The notes beneath the pieces are model-generated. The model was not told the origin of the DNA, did no database searches, and saw only the letters and a program-made list of their open reading frames with translations. The position numbers were made by a program, and so were the translations under genes. Positions 10,301 through 18,959 of a stretch of 64,000 nt of DNA are shown here, in pieces; position 1 is the stretch's first letter, and the number at the start of each line of letters is the position of its first letter. The stretch is from Candidatus Aminicenantes bacterium (GTDB lineage Bacteria > Acidobacteriota > Aminicenantia > Aminicenantales > UBA4085). Where the stretch lies: NCBI GenBank assembly GCA_003141555.1, contig PLMN01000023.1, positions 79,916 to 143,915 on the forward strand, read 5' to 3'.

Positions 10301-10504
10301 CGGTTGTGGTGGGGCGACATTTATGCGCGAAGCCACTACCAGTTGGGATGCCTCTATCAGAAAAAAGGATCCTCGGCGGAAGCGGTGTCCCATTTCGAGA
10401 AGTTCCTCGAGCTATGGAAAAACGCCGACCCCGGCCTGCCGGAGATTGAAGATGCGAAAAAACAGGTAGCCCTTCTCAAGAAAGGGCCGCCGCCTTGGTC
10501 TTGA
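7397..10504 (+). CDS. Membrane Ser/Thr protein kinase (zinc ribbon, Hanks kinase, TM, TolB_N-like, TPR repeats)
   Basis: CPHC..FCNKC; IGRGGMGRVY, VALK, HRDLKPQN, DFG, GTPPYFSPE; TM GLILAFMIGVYFISL; TPR-like helical repeats. Confidence 0.92.
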   Translation: MGDIVDNIPCPHCHAPNPANGSFCNKCGKAMDNRPATLTYPPSFQTTLREELSFSPGESFGKRYRIIEEIGRGGMGRVYKAQDLDLGITVALKMIQPKYSSSRTMIEQFKKETLLARSISQENVVRTYDFGEINHIKYISMDYIKGGNLSDLIQTSGRLSLETCLRIMVQICEALKAAHHKGIIHRDLKPQNIMIDRSGKVYVTDFGLAKSLAAQETPGFKKVYGTPPYFSPEQARGEDADERSDIYSLGVILFEMITGQLPFQAKTIEGYIQRHTSENAVSPSKINPGIPAPLEKIIMTCLEKKKENRYQSVDALLKDLDVQKNAYEQSYAKTRRKRFGRAALAGGLILAFMIGVYFISLKKRAAGPAASQERRTAVAVLYAVNTSEDRELNQYRWVITDLMITGLAQSKYLSLLPMDRLIQILTKMKQQDAGQHVSETLDKIGSAENVEYFILPSLVKAGGNLWISAKIRKAGDKGIVDTTKVQGKLEDLLTMVEDLNTQVKSKLVSSAEDIAGDYHQDLGKITTTSLEALGYYVEGERLYALEDFKGSVRALEEAVKLDANYGLAYWKLAENYDYLGSTDLANKNLEKALALLDRFSVRDRYLVRGYAAIHLDEPPAKAIESYKKLLALYPNDEMGLAYLGSLYRNMEEWEAALEQFEKILKINQRFQFAYVNLAFIYTAKGWYAKALDLIQASERIFPEMQFFPKQMSLIYLVQGRFDEAAALVQKALTRAPDDNASLEFYGIIEHLRGNFVSARNIYEQLRKREEGTGGLRGQIWMGLLYLLQGEFHQSEGEFQEGLKIAHRLKMEDEELEFRRLQAYLYLQRKRFAEAAETVGALVTICKNAKRSDFLKSALLLQGIIELGLGRIEEAKNTSRQLRQVIEKIGCPKYMRYSYYLLGKIALTEGRPAEALDDLGKALAFLPHQREQRDEHAFFMEVLAEAFEQAGDLGKATETYQNILTLTTGRLWWGDIYARSHYQLGCLYQKKGSSAEAVSHFEKFLELWKNADPGLPEIEDAKKQVALLKKGPPPWS

Positions 10505-11651
10505 GGAACCGCTTTCTCTTTTTGTTTTCGAACCCACTTATGAAAAGCTCTCTTTCTCTCCTCATCAGCCCCGCCATCCGGCACGTCTGAGGAGTGATCT
10601 TGCCGATCGCCCGACTGGATAAGGCGGCCACGACGGGACAGACCCGGCACGATTCGACCTCCTCGCACATGACGCAACGCCTCCCTGGCGTATAAAAATT
10701 GTCCATTGCCAAACCGGCGATGGCCGTAATGGTTCGGGCGTAGATCGCCTTAGGATCGCGGAGGAATGAATCGACCTTTCCAAAACCATATTTTCCCCTC
10801 TCGAGTTCCCCCTCTCTCCCATCGAAATAATGAGGGAAGAGGAAACATCCCCAAAGGTTTCCATCCGCCGCCAAGGCCATCCGGTCCTGACCTGCGGCGC
10901 AACTGAAGACGGCTTTCTTATGCGTTCTTTTCATATCATCCCAGGGGATATCTTCGAGCCGCTCATACGTTGCGAGGAAAAATTTTCGGACGGCTGCGAT
11001 CTCCTTTTTCATGCGGACCAGGGAGGATGGCGTCCATCGCCGTTGGGAGGAGAAGCCGATCCGGATCTTGCGAACGTCGAGGTGGATGATAAGCTCGATG
11101 GATTTCGATAAGAGCCCGACCGTCTCTGCCGTGAAGACGCTGTTCGTTTCGAGCGATATCCTCCGCCGTTTCAACATCTCGGGGATAAGCGAAATGAAGT
11201 AATCAAAGGTGCCTTTTTTTCTGGAAACGTCCTGGGCCCAACCGTCGAAGCTTAAGAGGAGGGAAAACGCGTGTTCGTCCAGGAACTGCAGAATTTCCTC
11301 GGTCAGGAGACTGCCGTTGGTGGTAATGGCGTAATGGATCTTGCGCTTTCGCGCCCGGTTCAGACGTTCGAGATAAGCGACCGTTTCGCTGATTTGATCG
11401 AAGGCCAGAAGAGGTTCCCCGCCGTAAAAATTGATATAACACTCCTCCGTCAGGCACGGCCAGAAAAAATCAAGCGCCTTCTTGATCGTCCGGATGTCCA
11501 GCCACCGATCCGCTTTTTTCTGATAACAATACGAACAACGAAAATTGCAGCGGTCGGTCAGGATGATCGTGAAGGCAGAAAACTCCCTCTTGTTTGGATC
11601 GCCGCCGCGAATTGCGTTGATTTGCTCAGAGAGGAACGCTCGCTCCTCCAT
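10476..11651 (-). CDS. Radical SAM/SPASM-domain enzyme (putative peptide maturase)
   Basis: CNFRCSYC, FYGGEPLL, ITTNGSLL, LSFDG; C-terminal CAAG..GNLWGC..CVMCEEVESCRVC..C seven-Cys SPASM-like pattern. Confidence 0.9.
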   Translation of the reverse strand: MEERAFLSEQINAIRGGDPNKREFSAFTIILTDRCNFRCSYCYQKKADRWLDIRTIKKALDFFWPCLTEECYINFYGGEPLLAFDQISETVAYLERLNRARKRKIHYAITTNGSLLTEEILQFLDEHAFSLLLSFDGWAQDVSRKKGTFDYFISLIPEMLKRRRISLETNSVFTAETVGLLSKSIELIIHLDVRKIRIGFSSQRRWTPSSLVRMKKEIAAVRKFFLATYERLEDIPWDDMKRTHKKAVFSCAAGQDRMALAADGNLWGCFLFPHYFDGREGELERGKYGFGKVDSFLRDPKAIYARTITAIAGLAMDNFYTPGRRCVMCEEVESCRVCPVVAALSSRAIGKITPQTCRMAGLMRRERELFISGFENKKRKRFLKTKAAALS

Positions 11652-11674
11652 CTCCGCCGAAGATCAACTAAGCT

Positions 11675-11875
11675 TCAACCGCTTATGCTCGGGATTAGCC
11701 CTGTACACTGAATGCCTTCCGGGCCATAGAGGACTTGGATGATTTCATCTAGTGCCTTTCTCGCCAAATCCAGCTCTCCCGCCTGCGCCGGCTTCACTTT
11801 GACACCATCCAGGAACGCGTCAAGTCTTTTAAAACAGAGAGGCAGGTTCGGCGTTTCGACTACTTTCTTTTTCAT
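11675..11875 (-). CDS. 66-aa small protein, putative RiPP precursor
   Basis: Strong RBS AAGGAGGGG before the ATG; first gene of the unit, 23 nt upstream of the SPASM gene; two Cys. Confidence 0.7.
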   Translation of the reverse strand: MKKKVVETPNLPLCFKRLDAFLDGVKVKPAQAGELDLARKALDEIIQVLYGPEGIQCTGLIPSISG

Positions 11876-11908
11876 AACCCCTCCTTATCAAGGAAAAATA
11901 CTTTTTCT

Positions 11909-11940
11909 ATTATAGTTAAACAAAAAAAATTCTAAGTCAA
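11909..11940 (-). promoter_or_regulatory. AT-rich promoter region of the peptide/radical SAM unit
   Basis: Minus strand TTGACT...TATAAT in an AT-rich tract. The spacer is 20 nt, which is non-canonical. Confidence 0.4.
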
Positions 11941-12007
11941 ATGGAATTTCAGCGGAAACGAAGACTGTTTTTTGGCTTTGTCAGGCGCTTCGGCGTCGCG
12001 ATGACCG

Positions 12008-13219
12008 CTATGTTTTCCACAGCGTAAGCGCTGGGTCGGGCAGAAAAACGCCCGACCGCGCCTCATCGATCATCTGGGCCACGAGCAGGTTCCAGCTGAT
12101 AAAATCGGGCGCGGCGAGCGGCGCGCCGGTGTCGCCGTGGTAATTCTCATGCATCATCCCATTCCTCTCGAGATCGGCGAGGCAGAGGCGCGTGACGCGC
12201 ACCGCGACGTCCAGCGCCTCGGGGCGATATCCGTAGCGCATCAAGGCGTGCATGAACATCCAGTTGGCGTGCGGCCAGATCGGCCCCTGCCAGTTCGAGT
12301 AGGGCTTGATCACGTTCTCGTTGTTATAAGCGGGGTCGTCGGCAGCGAGCGAACGGATCCCATACGGCGACCACAACTCGCGCGGCTGGAGGACGTGGCG
12401 CTCGATCATGGCCCGCCCCTGCTCCGGCGAGGCCAGCCCCGCCCAGAGCGGGACCATGTCGCTGTAGGTGACGTTCCGGGCCAGCACCCGCTCGACCGCA
12501 TCATAATCCGAATAGATCGGCGCCTCGTCGACCCACAGATGCGTTTGGATCGCCGCGGCCAGCCGCGCGGCGCGCTCCTTGAACGCGGCCGCTTCGGCCG
12601 CCTTCCCCAATTTCGCCGCGATCTCGGCCATCGCCCGGTAGTCGAGGACCATGAAGGCGTTGACGTCGGCCGCGGCCATGCTGTTGTGATAGCGCCGCAC
12701 CAGGACCGCGTTGTTGTCCGCGCCCGATTCCAATCCGTCCCACCACTTGACCAGCCCGGTCACCGCGTCGCTCATCTTCCGCTCGCGGTAGGTGACGCAG
12801 GCCGCCATCTTGTCCCAGACGGGCGCGATCCAGCCAAAATCGCCCAGCGCGGCGGACGCGTAGAACGCGGCTTGGCCCATGAGCGGCTTGATGTGGTAGA
12901 GGCGCGCGTCGCGGCCCGCCCAGGGCCGGATGCCGCCCGGCGTCTGGCCGTCCGGCTCGGTGTAGCGCAGGAAATTGAGGCACCAGTTGCGCAGATAGAC
13001 GCCGTCCGCCCGGTCGTGCGAAATCAGATGGAGCCCGACGAAGAACGCGTCCCAGTCCCATTGCTCCTCGTAGACGCCGCTCGGGACGATGTAATCGTAA
13101 GGCAAGGCGCCGTTGGCCTTGCGTAGCACCCGCGTCCGCAATCCGCCGATCTTTTCGCGCGCCGCGGCCGCGAGCCCGTCCAACTCGGCTTCGGAATATG
13201 ACCCTTGATGATCCGTCAT
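12008..13219 (-). CDS. (alpha/alpha)6 glycoside hydrolase, trehalase/GH63-like
   Basis: YEEQWDWDAFF, ESGADN, NWQGPIW, MHENYHGDTG motifs. Confidence 0.8.
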   Translation of the reverse strand: MTDHQGSYSEAELDGLAAAAREKIGGLRTRVLRKANGALPYDYIVPSGVYEEQWDWDAFFVGLHLISHDRADGVYLRNWCLNFLRYTEPDGQTPGGIRPWAGRDARLYHIKPLMGQAAFYASAALGDFGWIAPVWDKMAACVTYRERKMSDAVTGLVKWWDGLESGADNNAVLVRRYHNSMAAADVNAFMVLDYRAMAEIAAKLGKAAEAAAFKERAARLAAAIQTHLWVDEAPIYSDYDAVERVLARNVTYSDMVPLWAGLASPEQGRAMIERHVLQPRELWSPYGIRSLAADDPAYNNENVIKPYSNWQGPIWPHANWMFMHALMRYGYRPEALDVAVRVTRLCLADLERNGMMHENYHGDTGAPLAAPDFISWNLLVAQMIDEARSGVFLPDPALTLWKT

Positions 13220-13277
13220 GAGGATGTCTCCCGCTTTCCTGCTCGAGCCCGTAGCGCCCAACCGGCCGCCCGGCAAG

Positions 13278-14090
13278 CTAGCCTTTCTTTGCGATCGCCA
13301 GCAGGTGGTAGCTCGCGCCGAGGAGGCTTTCCTCCTCTTCGACGCGCTTCATATACTTGAGGGCGAATTCGTAACAGGCATCCTTCCTGTCGAGCCAGCC
13401 GTTGAGCTCGCTCATGAGCCCGACCGGCCCCTCGACGCCGATCAGCTTCTCGCAGGCCAGGCCGGCCCCGACGATCTCCTCGCGAAGCTCCGCCGGCTGG
13501 TGGAAATAGGCCGTCGTCCAGTAATCCTTGTCCGGGGCGATGTTCTCGTGCCTCCCGTCCCGAAGGTCCCGGTCCACGATCGCTTCGAATCTCGGGTCAT
13601 CCAGGAGATTCAGCTGGAATCCGCTGAAGAGCGAGCCGAAACGCGAGATGGCCGCGCAGAATACCCGGCCGCCCGGTTTCAGCACCCGGGCGCTCTCCCT
13701 CAGAACCCGCTCTCGATCCGCCCGCTCCTGGAGGTGATAGAGCGGTCCCATCAGCAGGACTAAATCGGCGAAGCCGTCGGGATACGGCAGCGAACGGGCG
13801 TCGCCGATCTCCATCGATTCGAGCGCGATCGACAGTTCGCGGGCCCGCGCCCGGGCGGTCTCGATGTGCGCGGGGACGAGATCGCGGAGGTGGACGCGGT
13901 GCCCCAGCCCGGCCAGCCAGAAGGCGTAGGCGCCGGTGGCGCCCGCCACATCCGCGATCACGAGCGGGCCCGCCGTCAAATACCGCCCGATGATCTCCTT
14001 GGTCCGGACGAACTCGAACCGGGCGACGGTCGAGAGGCGGGCATCCTCGATCTTCTCTTTTTCGTAATATTCGACGATTCTTCGACTCAT
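13278..14090 (-). CDS. Class I SAM-dependent methyltransferase
   Basis: IADVAGATGAY motif I, GDARSL, DLVLLMGPLYHL, RVLKPGG. Confidence 0.9.
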   Translation of the reverse strand: MSRRIVEYYEKEKIEDARLSTVARFEFVRTKEIIGRYLTAGPLVIADVAGATGAYAFWLAGLGHRVHLRDLVPAHIETARARARELSIALESMEIGDARSLPYPDGFADLVLLMGPLYHLQERADRERVLRESARVLKPGGRVFCAAISRFGSLFSGFQLNLLDDPRFEAIVDRDLRDGRHENIAPDKDYWTTAYFHQPAELREEIVGAGLACEKLIGVEGPVGLMSELNGWLDRKDACYEFALKYMKRVEEEESLLGASYHLLAIAKKG

Positions 14091-14256
14091 GGCCTTTTTA
14101 ATATCTCAAAGCCCGCCCCGTTTTTCAATCACATAATCTTTACAATTTCTTGACATCTCTTTAACAACTCCCGATCCCCCTTCGGCTATCGTGTCATCGG
14201 GAGCCCAAAATGACGCAACAAGCCGCGCGCCGGAATTACCCGGCGAGGAGGGGATC

Positions 14257-15498
14257 ATGAAGAACATCCTGAAGCGAATCGCCATCCTGTTTCTCACGTC
14301 GGCCGCCGCTCTCTCGGCGGCCGTCCAAGAACCCGGCCCGACGCCAGGCCGGACATCGGCCGCGCCGGACCGCCTGTTCAGCCAGGTCGTCCTCCGCCTC
14401 CGGGATGGGCGTTTCGTGACGGGGCTGCTTCTCGGCTTCGAAGATGACGCCATCGTCCTCCGCGTCGGGAAAAACGACGTCAAGACTCCTCGAACCGACC
14501 TGGCCCAGGTCACCATCGAGCGAGAAAGAAAGGCCACCGGATTTCTGCTCAACGGCATGCTGCTCGGATTCCTGGCCGGAAATCTATTTTTTTCCCACGG
14601 CAGCGGCAATCCGACCGGCTATGTCGGGTATGGGTCCGCGTTCAGCGCTTTCCTCTCGAACGTGGTCTATTTGGGCGCGGGCGGAGCCGTCGGCTATCTG
14701 GCCGGCCTGATCGGCGATCCCACGCACGTCCTATTCACCTTTCCGGACCTCGCCCCCGAGCGCAACGCAGAATGGGAAAGCCTGAAGAAATATGCCCTCG
14801 CCGGCGACACCGCCGCCGGCAACGACGCCCGGTGGCGCCTGTCTGTCCAATCGGCCTACGTGTTTCCCAGGGTGTCGAGCCGTTATCGAAGCGTGATCCG
14901 GGCCGCCGGCTACGAGACCTTCGACCAATACTACGGCTCCTGGGCGGATTCGAACCTCGCCATTTTGCGCCGCGTCGGCCTGTCCTACGCCGCGGGCAAG
15001 CGCCTCGAAATCGGCGCATCGATCATGCCCTTGGGAGAGCGGAGCAACTACGGCTGGAGCTACGAATCCTCGAGCGACAACGCCTGGGCTGAACGGCAGG
15101 TCGAACAATCTCTGTCGGGAACGGGCTATTATCTGACCGGGAGCTGGCAGGTCCTGGATTCGAAAGCCGCGGGCGGCGTGCATTGGAAGATCGGCGGGGG
15201 TCTGGGCGCGGCTCACGTCCGCTTCGGCATGACCGGCAGCGGCGAATCCTACAGCAACGATCCTTACTATTTCAACACGTTCGAATATTCGATCTCCGTC
15301 TCCAAGACGGTCGCCGGCGGCCTGGCGTTCACGGAATTCGATTGCCGCCTTTATGGCGGAATTTCCCTGGGCGTGATGGCCGATTTTGCCGTCACCATGC
15401 CGGTGTCCATTCCCGGGATTCCGGCGGCCGGCATCCCCGCTCAAAAGCTGCCTATCGGCAACGGCTCCCTGGGAATCGGTATCACTTGGATTTTTTAG
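14257..15498 (+). CDS. Secreted hypothetical protein, probable outer-membrane beta-barrel C-terminus
   Basis: RBS GAGGAGG; signal peptide; small beta domain and Gly-rich hydrophobic helices; alternating beta pattern ending GIGITWIF. Confidence 0.7.
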   Translation: MKNILKRIAILFLTSAAALSAAVQEPGPTPGRTSAAPDRLFSQVVLRLRDGRFVTGLLLGFEDDAIVLRVGKNDVKTPRTDLAQVTIERERKATGFLLNGMLLGFLAGNLFFSHGSGNPTGYVGYGSAFSAFLSNVVYLGAGGAVGYLAGLIGDPTHVLFTFPDLAPERNAEWESLKKYALAGDTAAGNDARWRLSVQSAYVFPRVSSRYRSVIRAAGYETFDQYYGSWADSNLAILRRVGLSYAAGKRLEIGASIMPLGERSNYGWSYESSSDNAWAERQVEQSLSGTGYYLTGSWQVLDSKAAGGVHWKIGGGLGAAHVRFGMTGSGESYSNDPYYFNTFEYSISVSKTVAGGLAFTEFDCRLYGGISLGVMADFAVTMPVSIPGIPAAGIPAQKLPIGNGSLGIGITWIF

Positions 15499-15551
15499 AT
15501 GAACGGAATAGCTGGCCCGCGGCATCCGAGGCCGCGGGCCGAGGAGGAGCC

Positions 15552-16121
15552 ATGAAAAAGATCATTGCCGCGGCAACCCTGATCGCTCTCGTGAACCTGC
15601 TCACGGGCTGCGCGTCCACAGGAGGAACGGGCGACCTGTTCAACTCGTCCGGCGCCCCGCACGTGGACGTCCAGGCGGAGGATTTCCCGGAGCTGAGGTT
15701 CGTCACGACCGGCGGGGAATCCTTTCGGGGAAAGCTGACCCGGGTCGAGGGAGACATTGTGACCCTTAAACCCTTTCCCTATTGGAACATTCCGGACGTC
15801 CGGATCCCTCTGGACGACATTCATCAGATCGAGCTGACGGGATCCAAAAGCCACACCGACACCGGTTTCCTTGCGGGCTTCAGCGTCCTGTTCATCCCCG
15901 TAGGAGCCATCGGCGCGGCGAAGAGCAAATACGACGTCGACTTTTCAAATTGGCTGCTCGGAAGCGCGATTGTGGGCGCGGTCGGCGGGCTGCTCGGCCT
16001 GGTCATCGCCGCCGTCAGCGATACGGGGAAAACCTCGAAATTCAAATTCTACGCCATGTCCGCGCCGGAAAAAATAGCCGCGCTCCTGAAGATCATGGGC
16101 CGCGCCGGCTCGCGGCCCTGA
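15552..16121 (+). CDS. Hypothetical lipoprotein with two hydrophobic helices
   Basis: RBS GAGGAGG; MKKIIAAATLIALVNLLTGC lipobox. Confidence 0.75.
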   Translation: MKKIIAAATLIALVNLLTGCASTGGTGDLFNSSGAPHVDVQAEDFPELRFVTTGGESFRGKLTRVEGDIVTLKPFPYWNIPDVRIPLDDIHQIELTGSKSHTDTGFLAGFSVLFIPVGAIGAAKSKYDVDFSNWLLGSAIVGAVGGLLGLVIAAVSDTGKTSKFKFYAMSAPEKIAALLKIMGRAGSRP

Positions 16122-16143
16122 AAGGCACGCAAGGAGAACCGCC

Positions 16144-17736
16144 ATGAACAAGAACCTCTGGAAAATTACCGCCCTCCTTCTCATCCCGGCCCTGGCCGTC
16201 GCCTGCGGGGGGGCCTTGGTCAACGTGGCGCCGGACGAATCGGCCCGGATCGCAGCCGCAAAATCCGTGACCGTCAGGACGACGGACGGCCGCGAATTGA
16301 CCTTCGGAAGCGCGAGGATCGAAAACGAAACGATCATCGGCGTCCTGGAAAACGGCGAGAAGATGGAGATCGCTTTCTCCGCCGTCCAAGCCGTCAAGGC
16401 CAAGGATCGCGGAGTAAATCTCACGATTCCCGTCTTGATCCTCGATTTCGCGGTCGCCGCCTGGCTGGGAATCGGCGCCGCGACCGCTCCCTCGCCGCCG
16501 CCGACCAATTCCTGCCCGCTGATCTATTCCTTCGACGGGCAGGCGTTCGTCCTCGAGGCCGAGCCCTACGGCGGGGCGGTCGTCAAGGGCCTGCAGCGGA
16601 CCGAATGGATCGGCCTCGACCGCCTGGCCGAGATCGGAGGCACCTTCAAGCTCCGCGCGGCCAACGATCTCAGCGAGTCCGAATACCTCGACGAGCTGAA
16701 GCTCGTGGTCGTGGACCACGCGCCCGGGGCGCGCGCCCTTCCCGACCCGAACGGACGCATCCACATCATCTCCGATCCTATCCCACCGTCGAGCGCCGTC
16801 ACGAAGGGCGGCCTCGATGTCCGCGCGGCTCTATCACAAAATGACCGCTCGTTCTGGGAGCCGGCTTATCCGGCGCCTTCCGCCGTCTCCTCCGCGCCCT
16901 CCCACCCCGCCGGCCCCGCCCCCTCGCCCGAGGAAATCGCCGAAGCCACGCCCATCGACTCGCTCCGCGACGAGCTGATCCTCGAATTCCCAAAGCCGGC
17001 CGGCGCCCGGACGGCCGCCCTCGTGGCCAACGCCTGGACGACATTCTGGGGATCGGACATCGCCAAAAGCATCATCTCGCTCCACGGCCGCGATCTGCCC
17101 CAATGGACGGCCGCGGTCAACGCCCACGGCCCCGAATATCGCGAGATCATGAGCTGGTTCCTGACCGAGGAGCTCTACATGCTCAAGGTCGAGGTCGAGA
17201 CCACGGCGGGCTGGAAGCCCAGGACCATGATTTTCGGCGGCGGACCCATCGTCGCCCGCGACAAGGCCTATCTGATGGACATCTCCGACGCGGCGGGCGG
17301 CACGCTGAAGCTCCGCCTCCGGCCGCCCGCCGGATTCTGGCGGTTCAATTCGTTCGCCATCGATTACGGCGATGCCGCGCCCCTGCGCGTCACGGAAATC
17401 GCCCCCGCCCGGGCCCGCGACGCCGCCGGGCGCGACGTCCGCCAGAACCTCGCGGCGAACGATGGGGACTATTTCGTCATGCCCCATACCGGGGACTACG
17501 CCGAGCTGCTGTTCGCGGCGCCCCCCGCTCCTACGCGGTCCGCGCGGAGCGTCATCCTCAAAGCGTCGGGCTACTACGATCCGCGTCTCTCCGCCGACGG
17601 CGAGCCGCGCCTTGATCTGCTCCGCCGGATCCACTCCGAGGCGGGCGCGACGCTGCGCTTCGCCTACGCGGAACATCTGAGGCGACTCGCGGCGGCCGCC
17701 GCGGCGCCCCCCGCACACGCACCCGCACTCCGATGA
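16144..17736 (+). CDS. Hypothetical lipoprotein with an 'SCPxxYxxDG' domain
   Basis: RBS AAGGAG; lipobox-like ALAVAC; internal TM; NSCPLIYSFDG..EPYGGA; EYLDELKLVVVDH. Confidence 0.75.
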   Translation: MNKNLWKITALLLIPALAVACGGALVNVAPDESARIAAAKSVTVRTTDGRELTFGSARIENETIIGVLENGEKMEIAFSAVQAVKAKDRGVNLTIPVLILDFAVAAWLGIGAATAPSPPPTNSCPLIYSFDGQAFVLEAEPYGGAVVKGLQRTEWIGLDRLAEIGGTFKLRAANDLSESEYLDELKLVVVDHAPGARALPDPNGRIHIISDPIPPSSAVTKGGLDVRAALSQNDRSFWEPAYPAPSAVSSAPSHPAGPAPSPEEIAEATPIDSLRDELILEFPKPAGARTAALVANAWTTFWGSDIAKSIISLHGRDLPQWTAAVNAHGPEYREIMSWFLTEELYMLKVEVETTAGWKPRTMIFGGGPIVARDKAYLMDISDAAGGTLKLRLRPPAGFWRFNSFAIDYGDAAPLRVTEIAPARARDAAGRDVRQNLAANDGDYFVMPHTGDYAELLFAAPPAPTRSARSVILKASGYYDPRLSADGEPRLDLLRRIHSEAGATLRFAYAEHLRRLAAAAAAPPAHAPALR

Positions 17737-18959
17737 TGACCAGCGACAGGTTTCCGCGGAGCCTGGGAATCAAGCCCCTGAAGTTCCCCCGCTTTGACAC
17801 ACCGCACGCCACGATCGAGACGAACCGCACCTGCGACATCCGCTGCTCCGCCTGTTACAACCTGAACCGGACCCACGTCAAGACGATCGCCGAAATCCGG
17901 GCCGAGATCGATCTGGCCCTGTCCCTGCGCAACCTGGCGATGATCACCCTCCTCGGCGGGGAGCCGACGCTCCATCCCGGGCTGGCGGAGATCGCGGCTT
18001 ACGTAAAAAGCAAGGGCCTGACCTGCCAGATCCTGACGAACGGGCTGACCATTCTCAAAGACGAAAGCGGCCGCTACCTCGCCGGGCTGGCCGCCGCGGG
18101 CGTGGACCGGATCGTCCTCCACGTGGATTCGGGCCAGAGCCACGTCCACGGCGACATCGAGGCAGCGCGGTGCGCCCTGTTCGCCAAGCTCGAGGCGGCC
18201 AAGATCCGCTTTTCCCTGTCGCTCACGATCTACGACGGCCGGCAGGGAGAGATTCCGGACCTTGTCCGCCGCTACGCGTCCTACCGGTATTTCGACGGCA
18301 TTCTGGCGATCCTGGCCCGCGACGCCCCTCCCGTCAAGATCCAACATCCCGAGCTCGCCCTCGAATACGACGCCCTCGCGCGATCGCTCGCCGTTCAGCC
18401 CGTGGCTTACGTGCCGTCGAGCCTGAGCGATACCGACGTCCACTGGCTCGTCTATTTCTATTTCATGGACGCCGGGACCGGCGAAGCGTTCGCCCTTTCC
18501 CCCCTCGCCTATCGGATCTTTCTGCGGGCCCACAAGCTCCTTCGCGGCCGGAATCTGCTCAATGCGGCCATCCCGCCGCGCCTGACGCCGCTCCTCGCCG
18601 CGGCCGCGGGCGCGGGCGAGGTCCTGCTCCATCCCGGGCGCCTGTCCGCCTTCGCCGCGTTCCTGGCGCGCCCGGCCCGCTCGCAGGCGCAGGAAGCTCC
18701 TCGTCCGCGCCGCCCGCGGCGATCACGGCTCCGCTTCCACTACATCGCCATCCAGACGCCGCCCGAGTTCAACGAGCGGCGGGGAATCCATCAGTTTTGC
18801 TACAGCTGTCCGGATGCGACGATCCGGAACGGGAAATTGACGCCCGTCTGCGTGGCGGACCGGGTGAGCCCGCTCCCGGGCGAAGCACGGGCCGTAGACG
18901 CCGCGTTGGCGCGCGCCGTCTACGGTCCCATGCGGGAGCCGGCCGGGCTTACAGCTTGA
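17733..18959 (+). CDS. Radical SAM protein of unknown function
   Basis: [23 protein letters not shown]; C-terminal [18 protein letters not shown]; ATGA overlap with the upstream gene. Confidence 0.88.
   Translation: MMTSDRFPRSLGIKPLKFPRFDTPHATIETNRTCDIRCSACYNLNRTHVKTIAEIRAEIDLALSLRNLAMITLLGGEPTLHPGLAEIAAYVKSKGLTCQILTNGLTILKDESGRYLAGLAAAGVDRIVLHVDSGQSHVHGDIEAARCALFAKLEAAKIRFSLSLTIYDGRQGEIPDLVRRYASYRYFDGILAILARDAPPVKIQHPELALEYDALARSLAVQPVAYVPSSLSDTDVHWLVYFYFMDAGTGEAFALSPLAYRIFLRAHKLLRGRNLLNAAIPPRLTPLLAAAAGAGEVLLHPGRLSAFAAFLARPARSQAQEAPRPRRPRRSRLRFHYIAIQTPPEFNERRGIHQFCYSCPDATIRNGKLTPVCVADRVSPLPGEARAVDAALARAVYGPMREPAGLTA

Noticed and set aside
7230-11990. Prophage or integrative element
   Set aside because: No integrase, transposase, tRNA or flanking direct repeats are visible; only a composition shift.
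15183-15551. N-terminal extension of the 312-aa ORF
   Set aside because: It overlaps the upstream gene; the RBS and lipobox place the start at 15552.
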